A stretch of DNA of 64,000 nt from an uncultured bacterium (GTDB taxonomy: Bacteria > Verrucomicrobiota > Verrucomicrobiia > Limisphaerales > UBA8199). The notes beneath the pieces are model-generated. The model had not been told where the DNA came from, did not search any database, and saw nothing but the letters and a program-made list of their open reading frames with translations. Made by a program: the position numbers and the translations under genes. The stretch spans positions 1 to 64,000 of the forward strand of contig CAVVMW010000027.1 in the NCBI GenBank assembly GCA_963749495.1. Reading direction: 5' to 3'. This document shows, one piece after another, positions 52,261-62,235 of this stretch (positions are counted from its first letter, which is position 1; each line of letters begins with the position of its first letter).

Positions 52261-53387
52261 TCATTGCCGTCCTCCACTGCCGCCATTATGAGAGGATGAT
52301 ACCCGTGTGCTCATTCCAGACCACTCGGAGTCTTTCAGCGACCAGCCACCGCCCAGGGCTTTGTAAAGTTGAACGACCGCAAGCCGGCGGCCAGCCTCGA
52401 TCTGCGACAGGGCGTTCTCGGCAGGAAAGAGTTGCTGTTGGGCCTCGAGAACTTCGTAGTAGCTCGCCTTGCCTTCTTTGTAGCGGTCGGTCGCCACCGC
52501 CACGGCCTCGCGACCGGCCTTGACAGCCTCAGCTTGCTCAACGCGTTCCTCGTCAAATCTGCGGTGGGATATGAGCGCGTCGGACACCTCTCGGAACGCG
52601 CCGAGAGCTGTGTCCTGGTATTGAAGCTTCGCTTCCTCGCAGGCGGCTTTGGCCTGACGGTAGCGCCCCGTCAAACGTCCTCCTGTGAACAATGGTCCAG
52701 CGTCGCTTGCGGCAACTGACCACATGTTTGCGCCCGATGATACCAGATTATGCAGTTCGGTGCTGGCACCACCGTAAAACGCCGTCAGACCGATGCGGGG
52801 GAAAAAGTCTCCTACGGCAACGCCGATTTCTGCGTTGGCCGCACGGACCTTTTGCTCAGCCATCCGAATGTCGGGCCTCCGCTCAAGCAGAGCGGAAGGC
52901 AGGCCCACCGGGATCTCCAGGGGCAGCTCTTGAGCCAGGAGGGTTGACGTTCCGAGGCACCGGTCCCGGGTTGCGCCCTAGCAGCGTGTTAATCTCGTTT
53001 TCCTTGAGGGCGATTTGGCGCTCGATTTCCGGGATGTTGGCTGAAACCGAGCGCAGGGCCAATTTGGCGCGTGACAACTCCAGGTTCGAAACCAAGCCGG
53101 CGGCGTGCTGATCGTCAAAGAGCCTGAAAGTCCGCTCGTAGGAATCCCGGGGGCGTCTGGCGATAGCAAGCTGGTCATCCAGTTCCAGCAACTCGAAGTA
53201 GGCCCTGGCGACGCCGCTAACTACGGAGATCATTACCGTCCGACGGCCCTCCTGCGTGGCCATGAAGTTCGCACGCGCGGCCTCGTTCATCCGGCGGACA
53301 CGACCCCACAGGTTGACTTCCCAGAGCGCTTCAAAGCCGCCCAGGAAACTGTTCATGGTCCGGCCACCGTTAGGAATGGGCAGGTCG
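52261..53387 (-). pseudogene. Outer-membrane efflux factor (OprM/NodT) lacking N-terminus; frameshift ~52.94 kb
   Basis: WEVNLWGRVRR, GLPSALLERRPDI, LYKALGGGW. Confidence 0.8.
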
Positions 53388-54629
53388 AGAAACTCTCGAA
53401 GGGAACGGCTTTCCCGTCCGGGGTTGGCGCATAAAGGCCTCGAATCTTCTCCGCCTCGCTGCGGTCCCCAATGCGGCCACGAGCCAGGACCGGGATGAGC
53501 CGGTCGCCCTCCCGCAGCTCGGTCAGCTTCAACCCGGTAAAGGAGGCCTGGGCCACCAGGCCGATTTGCTGGTTATTCAGGCCCAGCGAATTAGCGCGGT
53601 CCTGGTCGATATCGATCTCAATGTTGGGCATGCGGAGGCCCAAGTCATCAAACACATGATAGCCACCGGCGGCACGGAGTTCGGCTGCGGTTTGGTCGGC
53701 CAATAGCCGCAGCTTATCGAGGTTCTCGCCGCTGAGGCGGATTTGAATCGGTTCCTTGACCGGCGGCCCCTGTTCGAGCTGCTTGACCACGCAGCGCGCA
53801 CCGGGAACCGATTGATCCAGTTCCTGGCGCAGCTTGACGAGCAAGCCTGTCACCTCGTCCTGGTGACGCGTGTTGATGAGAATCTGCGCGAGATAGTTCG
53901 CCGGTTCCTTCGGTTCGACGTTGTAGTAGAAGCGCGGGGCGGTGCCGCCGGAGAAAACCGCCGCGCTGGAGACCTCCTCATGGCCTTTGATCAAGGCAAC
54001 CACTTGATCCACCGTTGCCCTCATGCTGGTCAGCGAGTCGGTTGAGGGCAGACTCGATATCCACCAATAACTGGTTGCGCTCGGCCGGCGGGAAAAACTG
54101 GCTTCCCAGCAGCGGAACCAGGAGGCAGCTCAGGGCCAGCACCGAATAGCCCGCCCCCAGGACCAGCCAGGGACGCTTTAGGGCTCCTTCCAGCGCGGCG
54201 CGGTAGTGTGGCAAGACAGCGGCAAGCGCCTGGTCCACATAACGGAACAGGAAAAATGACCGGACCTCCCCGCCCTCATCAAACCCTTTCTGCCCTCGCA
54301 GGACGTAGTAGCTGATGAGCGGAGTGAAGGTGACCGAGACGAGCAGCGCGGCAGCCAGGGCCAGGGTGACCACGGCCGGCAGACTCTTCATAAACTCACC
54401 CTTATCGCCCGTTAGCAGGAGCAACGGCAGGAACGCGAAGATGTTGATCAGCGTGCCGAACACCATCGGGTGCCGCAGGTGAAGCGGGCCAAGCCACGCC
54501 GCGCGCAATCTCGGCTCCCCCAGGTGCAGTTCCCGATTGATACCGTCAGAAGCCACCACCGGCACGTCCACCAGCATTCCCAAGGCGATGATGAGCGCAG
54601 CGATGGAGATCTGCTGCAAGGGAATATGA
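53387..54629 (-). pseudogene. Internal fragment of RND (AcrB-family) transporter
   Basis: LQQISIAALIIALGMLVD, FAFLPL, QFFP..RNQLLVD, GPPVKEPIQIRLSG; both ends missing. Confidence 0.8.
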
Positions 54630-55673
54630 GCTGCTGAGAATATCGCCGGTCTTGACCGCGCGCTGCACCGCCTTGCCGTCCTGGACCACAAAGACGCCGA
54701 GTTGCGCCGGAGCATCGGTTCCCTGCCGCCCGCCGGCGGGAAGGGTCACCAGGGCCGAGAGCGGCACGCGGACCGTGCCCGCTTTCACCGCCGGCGCATT
54801 GCCGATGCGGATGCGCGCCGTCATGCCGGAGCGCAGCAGCCCCTCCGGGTTGGGCACCTTGATCACCACCCGGAACAACCGGCCCTCGGCGCTGGCCGCC
54901 ACGCCCACCTCGGACACGCGGCCCCGGAACGGGGGCAGGCCCTCCAACCCAGACACTTCCACGTCCACCTCCTTGCCCGGGGTGAGCCGGCCGACCAACC
55001 GGTCGGGCAATCCCAACTCGACCGACATCAGGCTGGTATCGGCAAAGCGCAGCACCCGCTGGCCGGCCCCGACGGTGACGCCCGCATTAACGTAGCGCGC
55101 CAGCACCGCCCCGTCTTTGGCCGCCACCAGCCGCGAATCCCGCAGATTTTGCTCCGCCTGGTCCAATTGCGCCCGGGCGGTGCGCCAATCGGCCTCGGTG
55201 ACATCCAGTTCCTGCTGGGAAATGGCATCGGCCGTGCGCAGCTTGCGGAAACGTTCGAGCTGCTTGCCCATCAGTTCCGCGCGAGCGCGGGCCGATCTCA
55301 GAGCGTTGGTGAAATCCGCCTGCTTCAGCTCGGCCAGCAGTTCGCCTGCCTTAACCGGCGTGCCCTCGTCCCAGTCCGTGCCGGGCGCCGGGCCGATGGT
55401 TTCGACGATGCCTCCCACCTTAAAACTCAGGTCGGTTTCCTTTTCGGCTCGCACCAGCGCCAGGTAGGAGGCGTCGCCATCGGGCCGGACGTTGTCCATT
55501 GACTCGACTACCGCTGTGTGCACCAAAGTCTTCTCGGGTGGTCTGGCCGCCGGCTTTCCACACCCGCCGAGCGCTAACGCCATGCATAGCAACGTCAGCC
55601 CTTTGCATCCAACGCTCGCCAAACGGAGCCCTGGATTAACAGTCTCTATCATAGGAACTCTTCGCATTTTCAT
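54629..55673 (-). pseudogene. RND periplasmic adaptor (MFP), C-terminally truncated
   Basis: Lipobox LGGC, LSFKVGG, LRSGMTARI, VPLSAL; ends at VKTGDILSSS. Confidence 0.8.
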
Positions 55674-55680
55674 GAGCAAT

Positions 55681-56180
55681 TCATGGATTGGAAACCTCCG
55701 GCTCCTTCCCCTCCCGTTCGAGAGCCCCCAACGAACGCTGCGTGAGAAAGTGGGCCAAACGCGCCCGATTTGGCAAACACACGGCCAGTTGGGTCAAGGG
55801 GTGATGCAGGTTCTCTCCCGCCAGAGAGTAAGAAACACATTCACCAATCACGCTCAGCGCATGAAGCCGGATAGCTTCGCTATTGGCTTTAGCACCGAGC
55901 AAATCTCTCATCACCGCCTGGAGCAGGACAAAATCCCGCTCCAGCCCTGATGCTGCGTAGTTGTGCGCTTTGCCAGCCGGGTCCACCAATTCCCGGGCCA
56001 GGAGCTTGGGAATCCAGGCGCCCTCGGCACTGAGTCTCTGCAACAGGGACTCGACGAGCTTTAGCAGCTTCTGTTCAGGCGGCAAATGCCGGGACACGAC
56101 GAAGCCCTCGTCTTGGTCGGAAAGCCGCCAGCCAGCCTCCATGATCACCGCCTGATAAAGTCCCTCCTTGCTGTGGAAAT
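55681..56180 (-). pseudogene. TetR-family (CecR/CerR-like) regulator lacking most of its HTH
   Basis: FHSKEGLYQAVI, KLLARELVDP, SVIGECV. Confidence 0.65.
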
Positions 56181-56950
56181 TCTTTGCCCGTTCCGGTCTC
56201 GCCCAGGATGAGCACCGAAGCCTCCGTAGGGGCTACCAGGTCAATCTGGCTGACGATGTGTTTCAACGCCGCGCTCTGCCCAACCAGATCGCCGAAGGCT
56301 TTGGCCTCCACCACGGCCTCCTGCAAGTAAGTATTCCGGAGTTCCAGTTGAGCTCTGAGGCGCTGAATTTCCTCGAAGGCGCGCGCGTTGGCGATGGCCG
56401 CTCCTATGTGATTAGCGAGAATAGGGCCCCATGGCCGGAGTTCATCCTGAAACGGCTCGCGTGTGGCTGATACTATCGCGCCCAATGCCTCCCCTTTGTA
56501 GCTGATCGGATTAATCGCATAACCACTGATGCCCTCTTCGCGCATCCAGTCGGGATCGAGCGGAGATACAGGCTGTTTGTTCAAATCCGGAACGGCTCGC
56601 GTCTGGCCGCTTATGACCAGGTTTCCAATCGGCGGCACTCCCAGCGGCTCGCGAGCGGTCTCAGGGTCAAGCCGCCCAAATCCTTTCCCGGGCCCAACAA
56701 TGGATTTCGCTTTCGCCGCAGCCAAGTGCAGGCAGCGGGACTGGTCGGGACATTCGGGGCAACGCGGGCAGGTGGGGCACAGGTCACCCTTTTCAATCAA
56801 CCAGACCTGAGCACAGACGATGTGGGGCCTTTCCATCACGCGCTCGGCAAGTTTCTGCAAGAGCTTTGCCAGCGACTGCTCGTGCGCAATCTCCAGCAGT
56901 ATTTGCGCGACGAAATTGGCATCGAAGCGGTTTTCGCTCGTTGGTTCCAT
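56180..56950 (-). pseudogene. GAF + sigma54-activator (FhlA-like), truncated at Walker A
   Basis: GAF region, LVGQSAAL, VAPTEASVLILGETGTGKE then break. Confidence 0.8.
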
Positions 56951-57038
56951 AACTGGACCCTACTGAAACGTTGCGGGCGAGGCAAATCGCAAAATACGGT
57001 TTTTCGGGCCGGTTCGATTTTTAAGGAGAATTGAAACT

Positions 57039-57353
57039 ATGTTCACCGAATCCCACGCCGGCGGCACTTTGCCGCGTTACTCCGCAAAACGGAACCTTCA
57101 TCATGTGGCCTTCTTTTGCCACGCGCCGGAGGCAGAGCAGGTTTCGCTCACCGGCGATTTTGACAACTGGCAGCCCAACGCGACCCCGATGGTCCGCCAG
57201 CCCGACGGCCGATGGATGGCCAGCTTGGAACTGAGTCACGGTTACTACCAGTACGTGTTTCTTGTGGATGGCAAACGTGTGCTCGATCCGAATGCCACTG
57301 GAAAAACAAGAAACTCCCTGAGCGAGCCCGTTTCACTGCTAGCCGTCAGCTAA
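57039..57353 (+). CDS. Stand-alone glycogen-binding (CBM48/isoamylase early-set) protein
   Basis: APEAEQVSLTGDFDNW, GYYQYVFLVDG..DP; AAGGAG RBS. Confidence 0.85.
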   Translation: MFTESHAGGTLPRYSAKRNLHHVAFFCHAPEAEQVSLTGDFDNWQPNATPMVRQPDGRWMASLELSHGYYQYVFLVDGKRVLDPNATGKTRNSLSEPVSLLAVS

Positions 57354-57499
57354 ACTCACTTTCCAATAAGCCCTATGCACTCGCTACTGCTCATCGTAGT
57401 CGCAGTCCTCGTCACGCTGTATGCGCTCGCCTGGCGCAATCAACCTGCACAGGAACATGAGCACAAATCTGCCGAAAGCGCCAGGCGCAAAGCGGGATT

Positions 57500-57799
57500 A
57501 TGAACTCAGCCAATGACCATGCACCACCTGCAGCGCAATCCAGCGGTGCCGTCCCACAGAAATGCTTGGTTTGTGGCGACCCGATTGGGGAGCGCTGCTT
57601 TTGCCAAATCCACCGCAAAGAGGGAGGACCAATAATGCTCTGCTGTCCCGAGTGCACGATTCAATACATCAACTCAGGGCGAGTTCCGGACACCTGCGAG
57701 CAGGAATTCCGGGCTTACGAGAAGAGCGTTCATTTCTTTAAACCAAACCTCGGCCTTAACGGGGTTACGGGACTGCTGGGACTGACTTATTTCTTCTGA
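57500..57799 (+). CDS. Small Cys-rich (TRASH/Zn-finger-like) protein
   Basis: CLVCG...LCCPEC. Confidence 0.6.
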   Translation: MNSANDHAPPAAQSSGAVPQKCLVCGDPIGERCFCQIHRKEGGPIMLCCPECTIQYINSGRVPDTCEQEFRAYEKSVHFFKPNLGLNGVTGLLGLTYFF

Positions 57800-58057
57800 G
57801 CCGGCCTATGGAAAACCGATCTCAACCTCCCCACCCAAATTTCCCCGGCGGTGCACAACTGCACTGCGCAATGCAATTAAAAAATGACTATCACTACTAT
57901 CGCAAGAAGCATTTTGTCGGCGACTCCGTGTAACCGGGATATGAAACGGCTGACTTGGCTCTCGGTTTAGAGCTTCTCCGTCCGGTTCGGGTCTCACGTC
58001 AGGGAGCCCCAACCTGGGCGAAGCGCCCTTAACAGAAATAAACAACACATAAACACA

Positions 58058-58806
58058 ATGAATAGTGCAATCCTCACTCAAACCTCTCACGCCGGCAAGG
58101 GCCTGGTCCTTCACCCGCGCAGCGTCAAAACCGGCGGCGCGGCAAAAAAGCAAATTCCTATCACTCGTATGAAGACACCCTCTCCACGCGTCCTCCCGGC
58201 CGTTCGGATTGCACTGGGACTGCTCATGTCCCTCATCGCCGGTGAGGTGAGGCCCAGGTGACACCTCCGGCCACACTGGTGCTGACAGAGGCCGACAACG
58301 GGACCACGGTGGGCGCGATCATGGGGCAATCGATCCAGGTCGACCTGCGCGGCAACCCGACCACGGGCTACGCCTGGGTGCTGGCCGGCACCAACGGCGA
58401 CTCGGTCCTGCCCAACGGACCGGTGGACTACACCCAGGATCCGGGCGGCGGGGTGGGACGTGGCGGCACCTTCGCGTTTCCGTTCCTGGCCGCGCGAGCG
58501 GGCGATACGACGCTGTCATTCGAGTATCGGCCGCCGGGAGGAGGCGTGCCTCCCCAGAGCTTCACGGTGACGATCCAGGTCGTCGCGGCGGGGCTCCCGC
58601 GGCTGTCCATCAGGCTGGTCCAGACGGAGGTGGTCATTTCCTGGCCCATGGCGGGAAGCACCAACTTCTTCCTGGAGAGCTCTCCGGGGCTTGACCCGCC
58701 GCAGTGGGCGGTGCTGAATGTGCTGCCATTGCCGCAGGGCACCAATTACACCGTCACGCTCGGGGCAGGGGGCACGGCCCTCTATTTTCGGCTCCATCGC
58801 CTCTGA
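58058..58806 (+). CDS. Secreted chagasin/I42 protease-inhibitor domain + conserved C-terminal domain; frameshift ~58.25 kb
   Basis: GNPTTGYAW, GRGG, FEYRPP; signal peptide in ORF 58058-58261; C-terminal VVISWP..FFLES..YFRL. Confidence 0.75.
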
Positions 58807-58917
58807 GCGGCGGGTGGACCCTTCTGCCTTTGCACAGCGCGGGGTCGGGCGGCGCTGACCACATAACCCTGGACGAGTGGTGTGATGTGGAGGAGGAACT
58901 CAAACGAACACTCGTAA

Positions 58918-59352
58918 ATGAATACCATGAACATCAGCAATAACAGGAATCTCTTCGTAACCTCCTTAAACGCCGTGCCCGCGTGCCAAAAGCAGGACGG
59001 GGACACCGACTGGTTTCCAGCCGTGGACGTAACCGAGACGGGGCAGGAGTACGTGTTCGAAGTGGACCTGCCCGGTCTCAAACCGGAGGAGGTACAGGTG
59101 CGTGTGGACACCCAGGGGCTTTTTCTGAGGGGGCAACGGGTGACTCAGCATCAGGGCGGGAAACCCGTGCGGGTGGAGCGTCCCTTTGGAGCCTTTGTTC
59201 GCCAGTTGCCATTGCCGCCGGTTGCACACGGCGAGATCCACGCCTTATTTAGCGATGGAGTTTTGGAACTGCACGTGCCCAGGGCCTGCCCTGACAGTGA
59301 GCCCGAACAAGCCCAAGCACTCGCCCGCGAACCTGAGGAGGCCGTGCCATGA
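58918..59352 (+). CDS. Hsp20/alpha-crystallin small heat-shock protein
   Basis: WFPAVDVTE, DLPGLKPEEV, ERPFGAFVR, DGVLELHVP. Confidence 0.9.
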   Translation: MNTMNISNNRNLFVTSLNAVPACQKQDGDTDWFPAVDVTETGQEYVFEVDLPGLKPEEVQVRVDTQGLFLRGQRVTQHQGGKPVRVERPFGAFVRQLPLPPVAHGEIHALFSDGVLELHVPRACPDSEPEQAQALAREPEEAVP

Positions 59353-59627
59353 CCACGACCCCTGTTGATCTGACCCTGGAAATCCGTTCGGACTCGCCGT
59401 CCGAGGCTTCCTGTTTTGTCTGTGGGGAAGATGTTCGCAGAGGATGGTTTGCGCGGATGAGCGTTGGTGGTCGGACGCACTTTCTTTGTAGCGCCCCCTG
59501 TGCCCTCATGTTCTTTGAGGCAGAGGAGGCTCTGGCCCACGATCACCAGGCGCGCCACGACTTCGAACGCGCTCGGGCGGCCATCATTGAAGCCGCGCAC
59601 CGCACAACGAAGGACGTGAACTCATGA
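59349..59627 (+). CDS. Small Cys-rich (TRASH/Zn-finger-like) protein
   Basis: CFVCG...LCSAPC; ATGA overlaps on both sides. Confidence 0.65.
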   Translation: MTTTPVDLTLEIRSDSPSEASCFVCGEDVRRGWFARMSVGGRTHFLCSAPCALMFFEAEEALAHDHQARHDFERARAAIIEAAHRTTKDVNS

Positions 59628-62110
59628 ATACCACAAGGATGAAAAGCAGACCCATTGAGAAGGAGAATCTCCTCGCACGCTACAACTGCGGGCCGGTCCG
59701 ATTGTCCGGCGACCCCAATGTGTTTTACGAGCGGCATCTGACATTCGATCAAGTCGTTCCGGACACGAAAGCGACGGCGCGCGACGAGTACGAGGCGATC
59801 GCCCGTTCCGTGCGCAACGTGCTTTCACAACGCTGGCTGAAAACCGAAGAGACTTACCGGCGGCGCAATGTCAAGCGGGTCTATTACCTCTCGATGGAGT
59901 TTCTGCTCGGGCGGTCGCTGGAGAACAATATCATTAACCTCCTGCTTGACCCGGCCTGGCATGACGTCTGCCAAGATCTCCAACTCGATCCGCTCCAGAT
60001 CATCGAGCAGGAACCGGACGCCGGTCTGGGCAACGGCGGCCTCGGCCGGCTCGCGGCCTGTTTCCTCGATTCGATGGCGACGCTGGCCATTCCCGGCATG
60101 GGCTACGGCTTGCGCTACGAGTACGGGATTTTCCGGCAAAGCACCCGCGACGGCTGGCAAAGCGAACAGCCGGACCACTGGCTCGCCCCGCCCGATCCCT
60201 GGGAAGTGCCGCGGCCCGACGAAGCCGTCGAAGTGAAGCTGTACTGTTCCTTCGAGATTCGGGGCGGCGCGCTGCGCGTCGTGGAAGGCCGTCCGTCGTC
60301 TCTCATCGGCATTCCGTACAACCGGCCCGTGGTCGGCTACGGCGGCCGGACGATCAACACGCTGCGTCTGTGGGCTGCCAAAACGCCCAACTCATTCGAC
60401 TTCGCCCGATTCAGCAGTGGCGATTTCGTTGGCGCGCTGGCCGAAACGCTCACCGCTGAAACCTTCACGCGCGTTTTGTATCCCGACGATCACACAACGG
60501 AAGGCAAAGGTCCGCGATTTTTCCAGGAATACTTTCTCGTCGCCTGTTCGCTCGCCGATCTCGTCCGTCGTTTTCGCGCTGCCGGCAATGATTGGCCGGC
60601 GCTGGCCAACAAGGTCGCCATTCAGCTCAACGACACGCATCCAACCCTGGCCGTGCCGGAGTTGATGCGCCTGCTGTTGGACGAGGCAAAGCTGAGCTGG
60701 GACGACGCGTGGAATCTCACTCAACGCACGCTGGCGTACACCAACCACACGCTGTTGCCGGAAGCGCTGGAGAGATGGCCGGTCGTGTGGTTTCACGATT
60801 TGCTGCCGCGCCACCTGGAAATCATTTGCGAAATCAATCGCCGCTTCCTCGACAACGTCCGCGCCCGGTATCCCGGCGATGCCGGCCGCGTCACGCGCGT
60901 CAGCCTCATTGAGGAGGGGGCACCCCGGCAAGTCCGCATGGCGCATCTGGCCATCGTCGGCTCGCACAGCACCAACGGGGTGGCCGCGCTGCATTCGGAG
61001 TTGCTCAAGCAGCGAGTCGTGCCGGATTTCGCGGCCATGTTCCCGGAACGCTTCAACAACAAGACCAACGGCATCACCCCGCGCCGCTGGCTGTTGCTGG
61101 CCAACCCGTCGCTGGCGGCCGTCATCACCGAGGCCATCGGCGATAGCTGGATTACCGACCTGGCGCAGTTGGAGAAACTGAAACCGCTCGCCGACGACAC
61201 CTCGTTTTGCGCCGCGGTCCGCAAAGCGAAACGCGACGCGAAGACGCGCTTCCTCCGGTGGCTCGACCTGCCGGGGATTGATCCCGACACGATTTTCGAC
61301 ACGCAAATCAAGCGCTTCCACGAATACAAACGGCAACTGTTGAACGCGCTGCACATCGTCGTGCTCTACAATCGCCTGCGGGCCAATCCAAACCTCGACA
61401 CGCCGCCGCGCACGTTCTTCTTCGGTGGCAAAGCCGCGCCCGCGTACCACCTCGCCAAGCTCGTCATCAAGTTCATCAACAACCTGGCCGGCACCCTCGA
61501 CGGTGACCCGATTACCAAAGGCCGGCTGAAGGTCGTGTTCGTGCCGGACTACCGTGTGTCGGTCGCGGAATACCTAATCCCGGCCAGCGATGTGTCCGAG
61601 CAAATCTCGACGGCCGGCTACGAGGCCAGCGGCACGAGCAACATGAAGTTCATGATGAACGGCGCGCTGACCATTGGCACACGCGACGGCGCGACCATCG
61701 AAATGGCGGAAGCGGCTGGTGCGGAGAACTTCTTCCTGTTCGGCCTGACCGCGGAGCAGGTCCAGGGCAGCCGCGGTTGGTACAACCCGCGCTGGCACTA
61801 CGACCACGAACCGGAAGCGCGCGCGGCGCTCGACCTGATTGCCGGCAATCATTTCAGCCGAAACGAGCCCGGCGTTTTCGCGCCCATCCTCGACGCGCTG
61901 CTGAACTACGGCGACCACTACCGGCACTTAGCCGACCTCACGAGTTACGCTCAAGCGCATCAACACCTGGGCGAGTTGTGCGCGAACCCGGCGGCATGGA
62001 CGCACAAAGCGATACTGAACATCGCCGCTTCCGGCAAGTTCTCCTGCAACCGCACCATTGCCGAGTACGCCAAGGAAATTTGGAACGCCAGACCATGCTC
62101 CACCAGATAA
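59624..62110 (+). CDS. glgP: Glycogen/starch phosphorylase
   Basis: YYLSMEFLLGR, GLGNGGLGRL, QLNDTHP, KRFHEYKRQ, EASGTSNMKFMMNG. Confidence 0.96.
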   Translation: MNTTRMKSRPIEKENLLARYNCGPVRLSGDPNVFYERHLTFDQVVPDTKATARDEYEAIARSVRNVLSQRWLKTEETYRRRNVKRVYYLSMEFLLGRSLENNIINLLLDPAWHDVCQDLQLDPLQIIEQEPDAGLGNGGLGRLAACFLDSMATLAIPGMGYGLRYEYGIFRQSTRDGWQSEQPDHWLAPPDPWEVPRPDEAVEVKLYCSFEIRGGALRVVEGRPSSLIGIPYNRPVVGYGGRTINTLRLWAAKTPNSFDFARFSSGDFVGALAETLTAETFTRVLYPDDHTTEGKGPRFFQEYFLVACSLADLVRRFRAAGNDWPALANKVAIQLNDTHPTLAVPELMRLLLDEAKLSWDDAWNLTQRTLAYTNHTLLPEALERWPVVWFHDLLPRHLEIICEINRRFLDNVRARYPGDAGRVTRVSLIEEGAPRQVRMAHLAIVGSHSTNGVAALHSELLKQRVVPDFAAMFPERFNNKTNGITPRRWLLLANPSLAAVITEAIGDSWITDLAQLEKLKPLADDTSFCAAVRKAKRDAKTRFLRWLDLPGIDPDTIFDTQIKRFHEYKRQLLNALHIVVLYNRLRANPNLDTPPRTFFFGGKAAPAYHLAKLVIKFINNLAGTLDGDPITKGRLKVVFVPDYRVSVAEYLIPASDVSEQISTAGYEASGTSNMKFMMNGALTIGTRDGATIEMAEAAGAENFFLFGLTAEQVQGSRGWYNPRWHYDHEPEARAALDLIAGNHFSRNEPGVFAPILDALLNYGDHYRHLADLTSYAQAHQHLGELCANPAAWTHKAILNIAASGKFSCNRTIAEYAKEIWNARPCSTR

Positions 62111-62235
62111 CAACATTGGGTGAACCCCGCTATCCCTCGCCCCTGAGTCGTTTCGTCAGCGACGATTGGTTCGTGCCGGAGCACATCATCCGGGGCCTGT
62201 CGGCGCCACAGCAGGAGTGGGGATTCGAGCTGGCC
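62095..62235 (+). pseudogene. N-terminal stub of ATP-dependent 6-phosphofructokinase
   Basis: ITTLGEPRYPSPL..FVSDD..FELA resembles the PFK N-terminus preceding (A)GPR; start overlaps glgP end. Confidence 0.5.

Noticed and set aside
52261..56950. Integron attC or shufflon sites at deletion junctions
   Set aside because: No common sequence motif or inverted-repeat structure at the junctions
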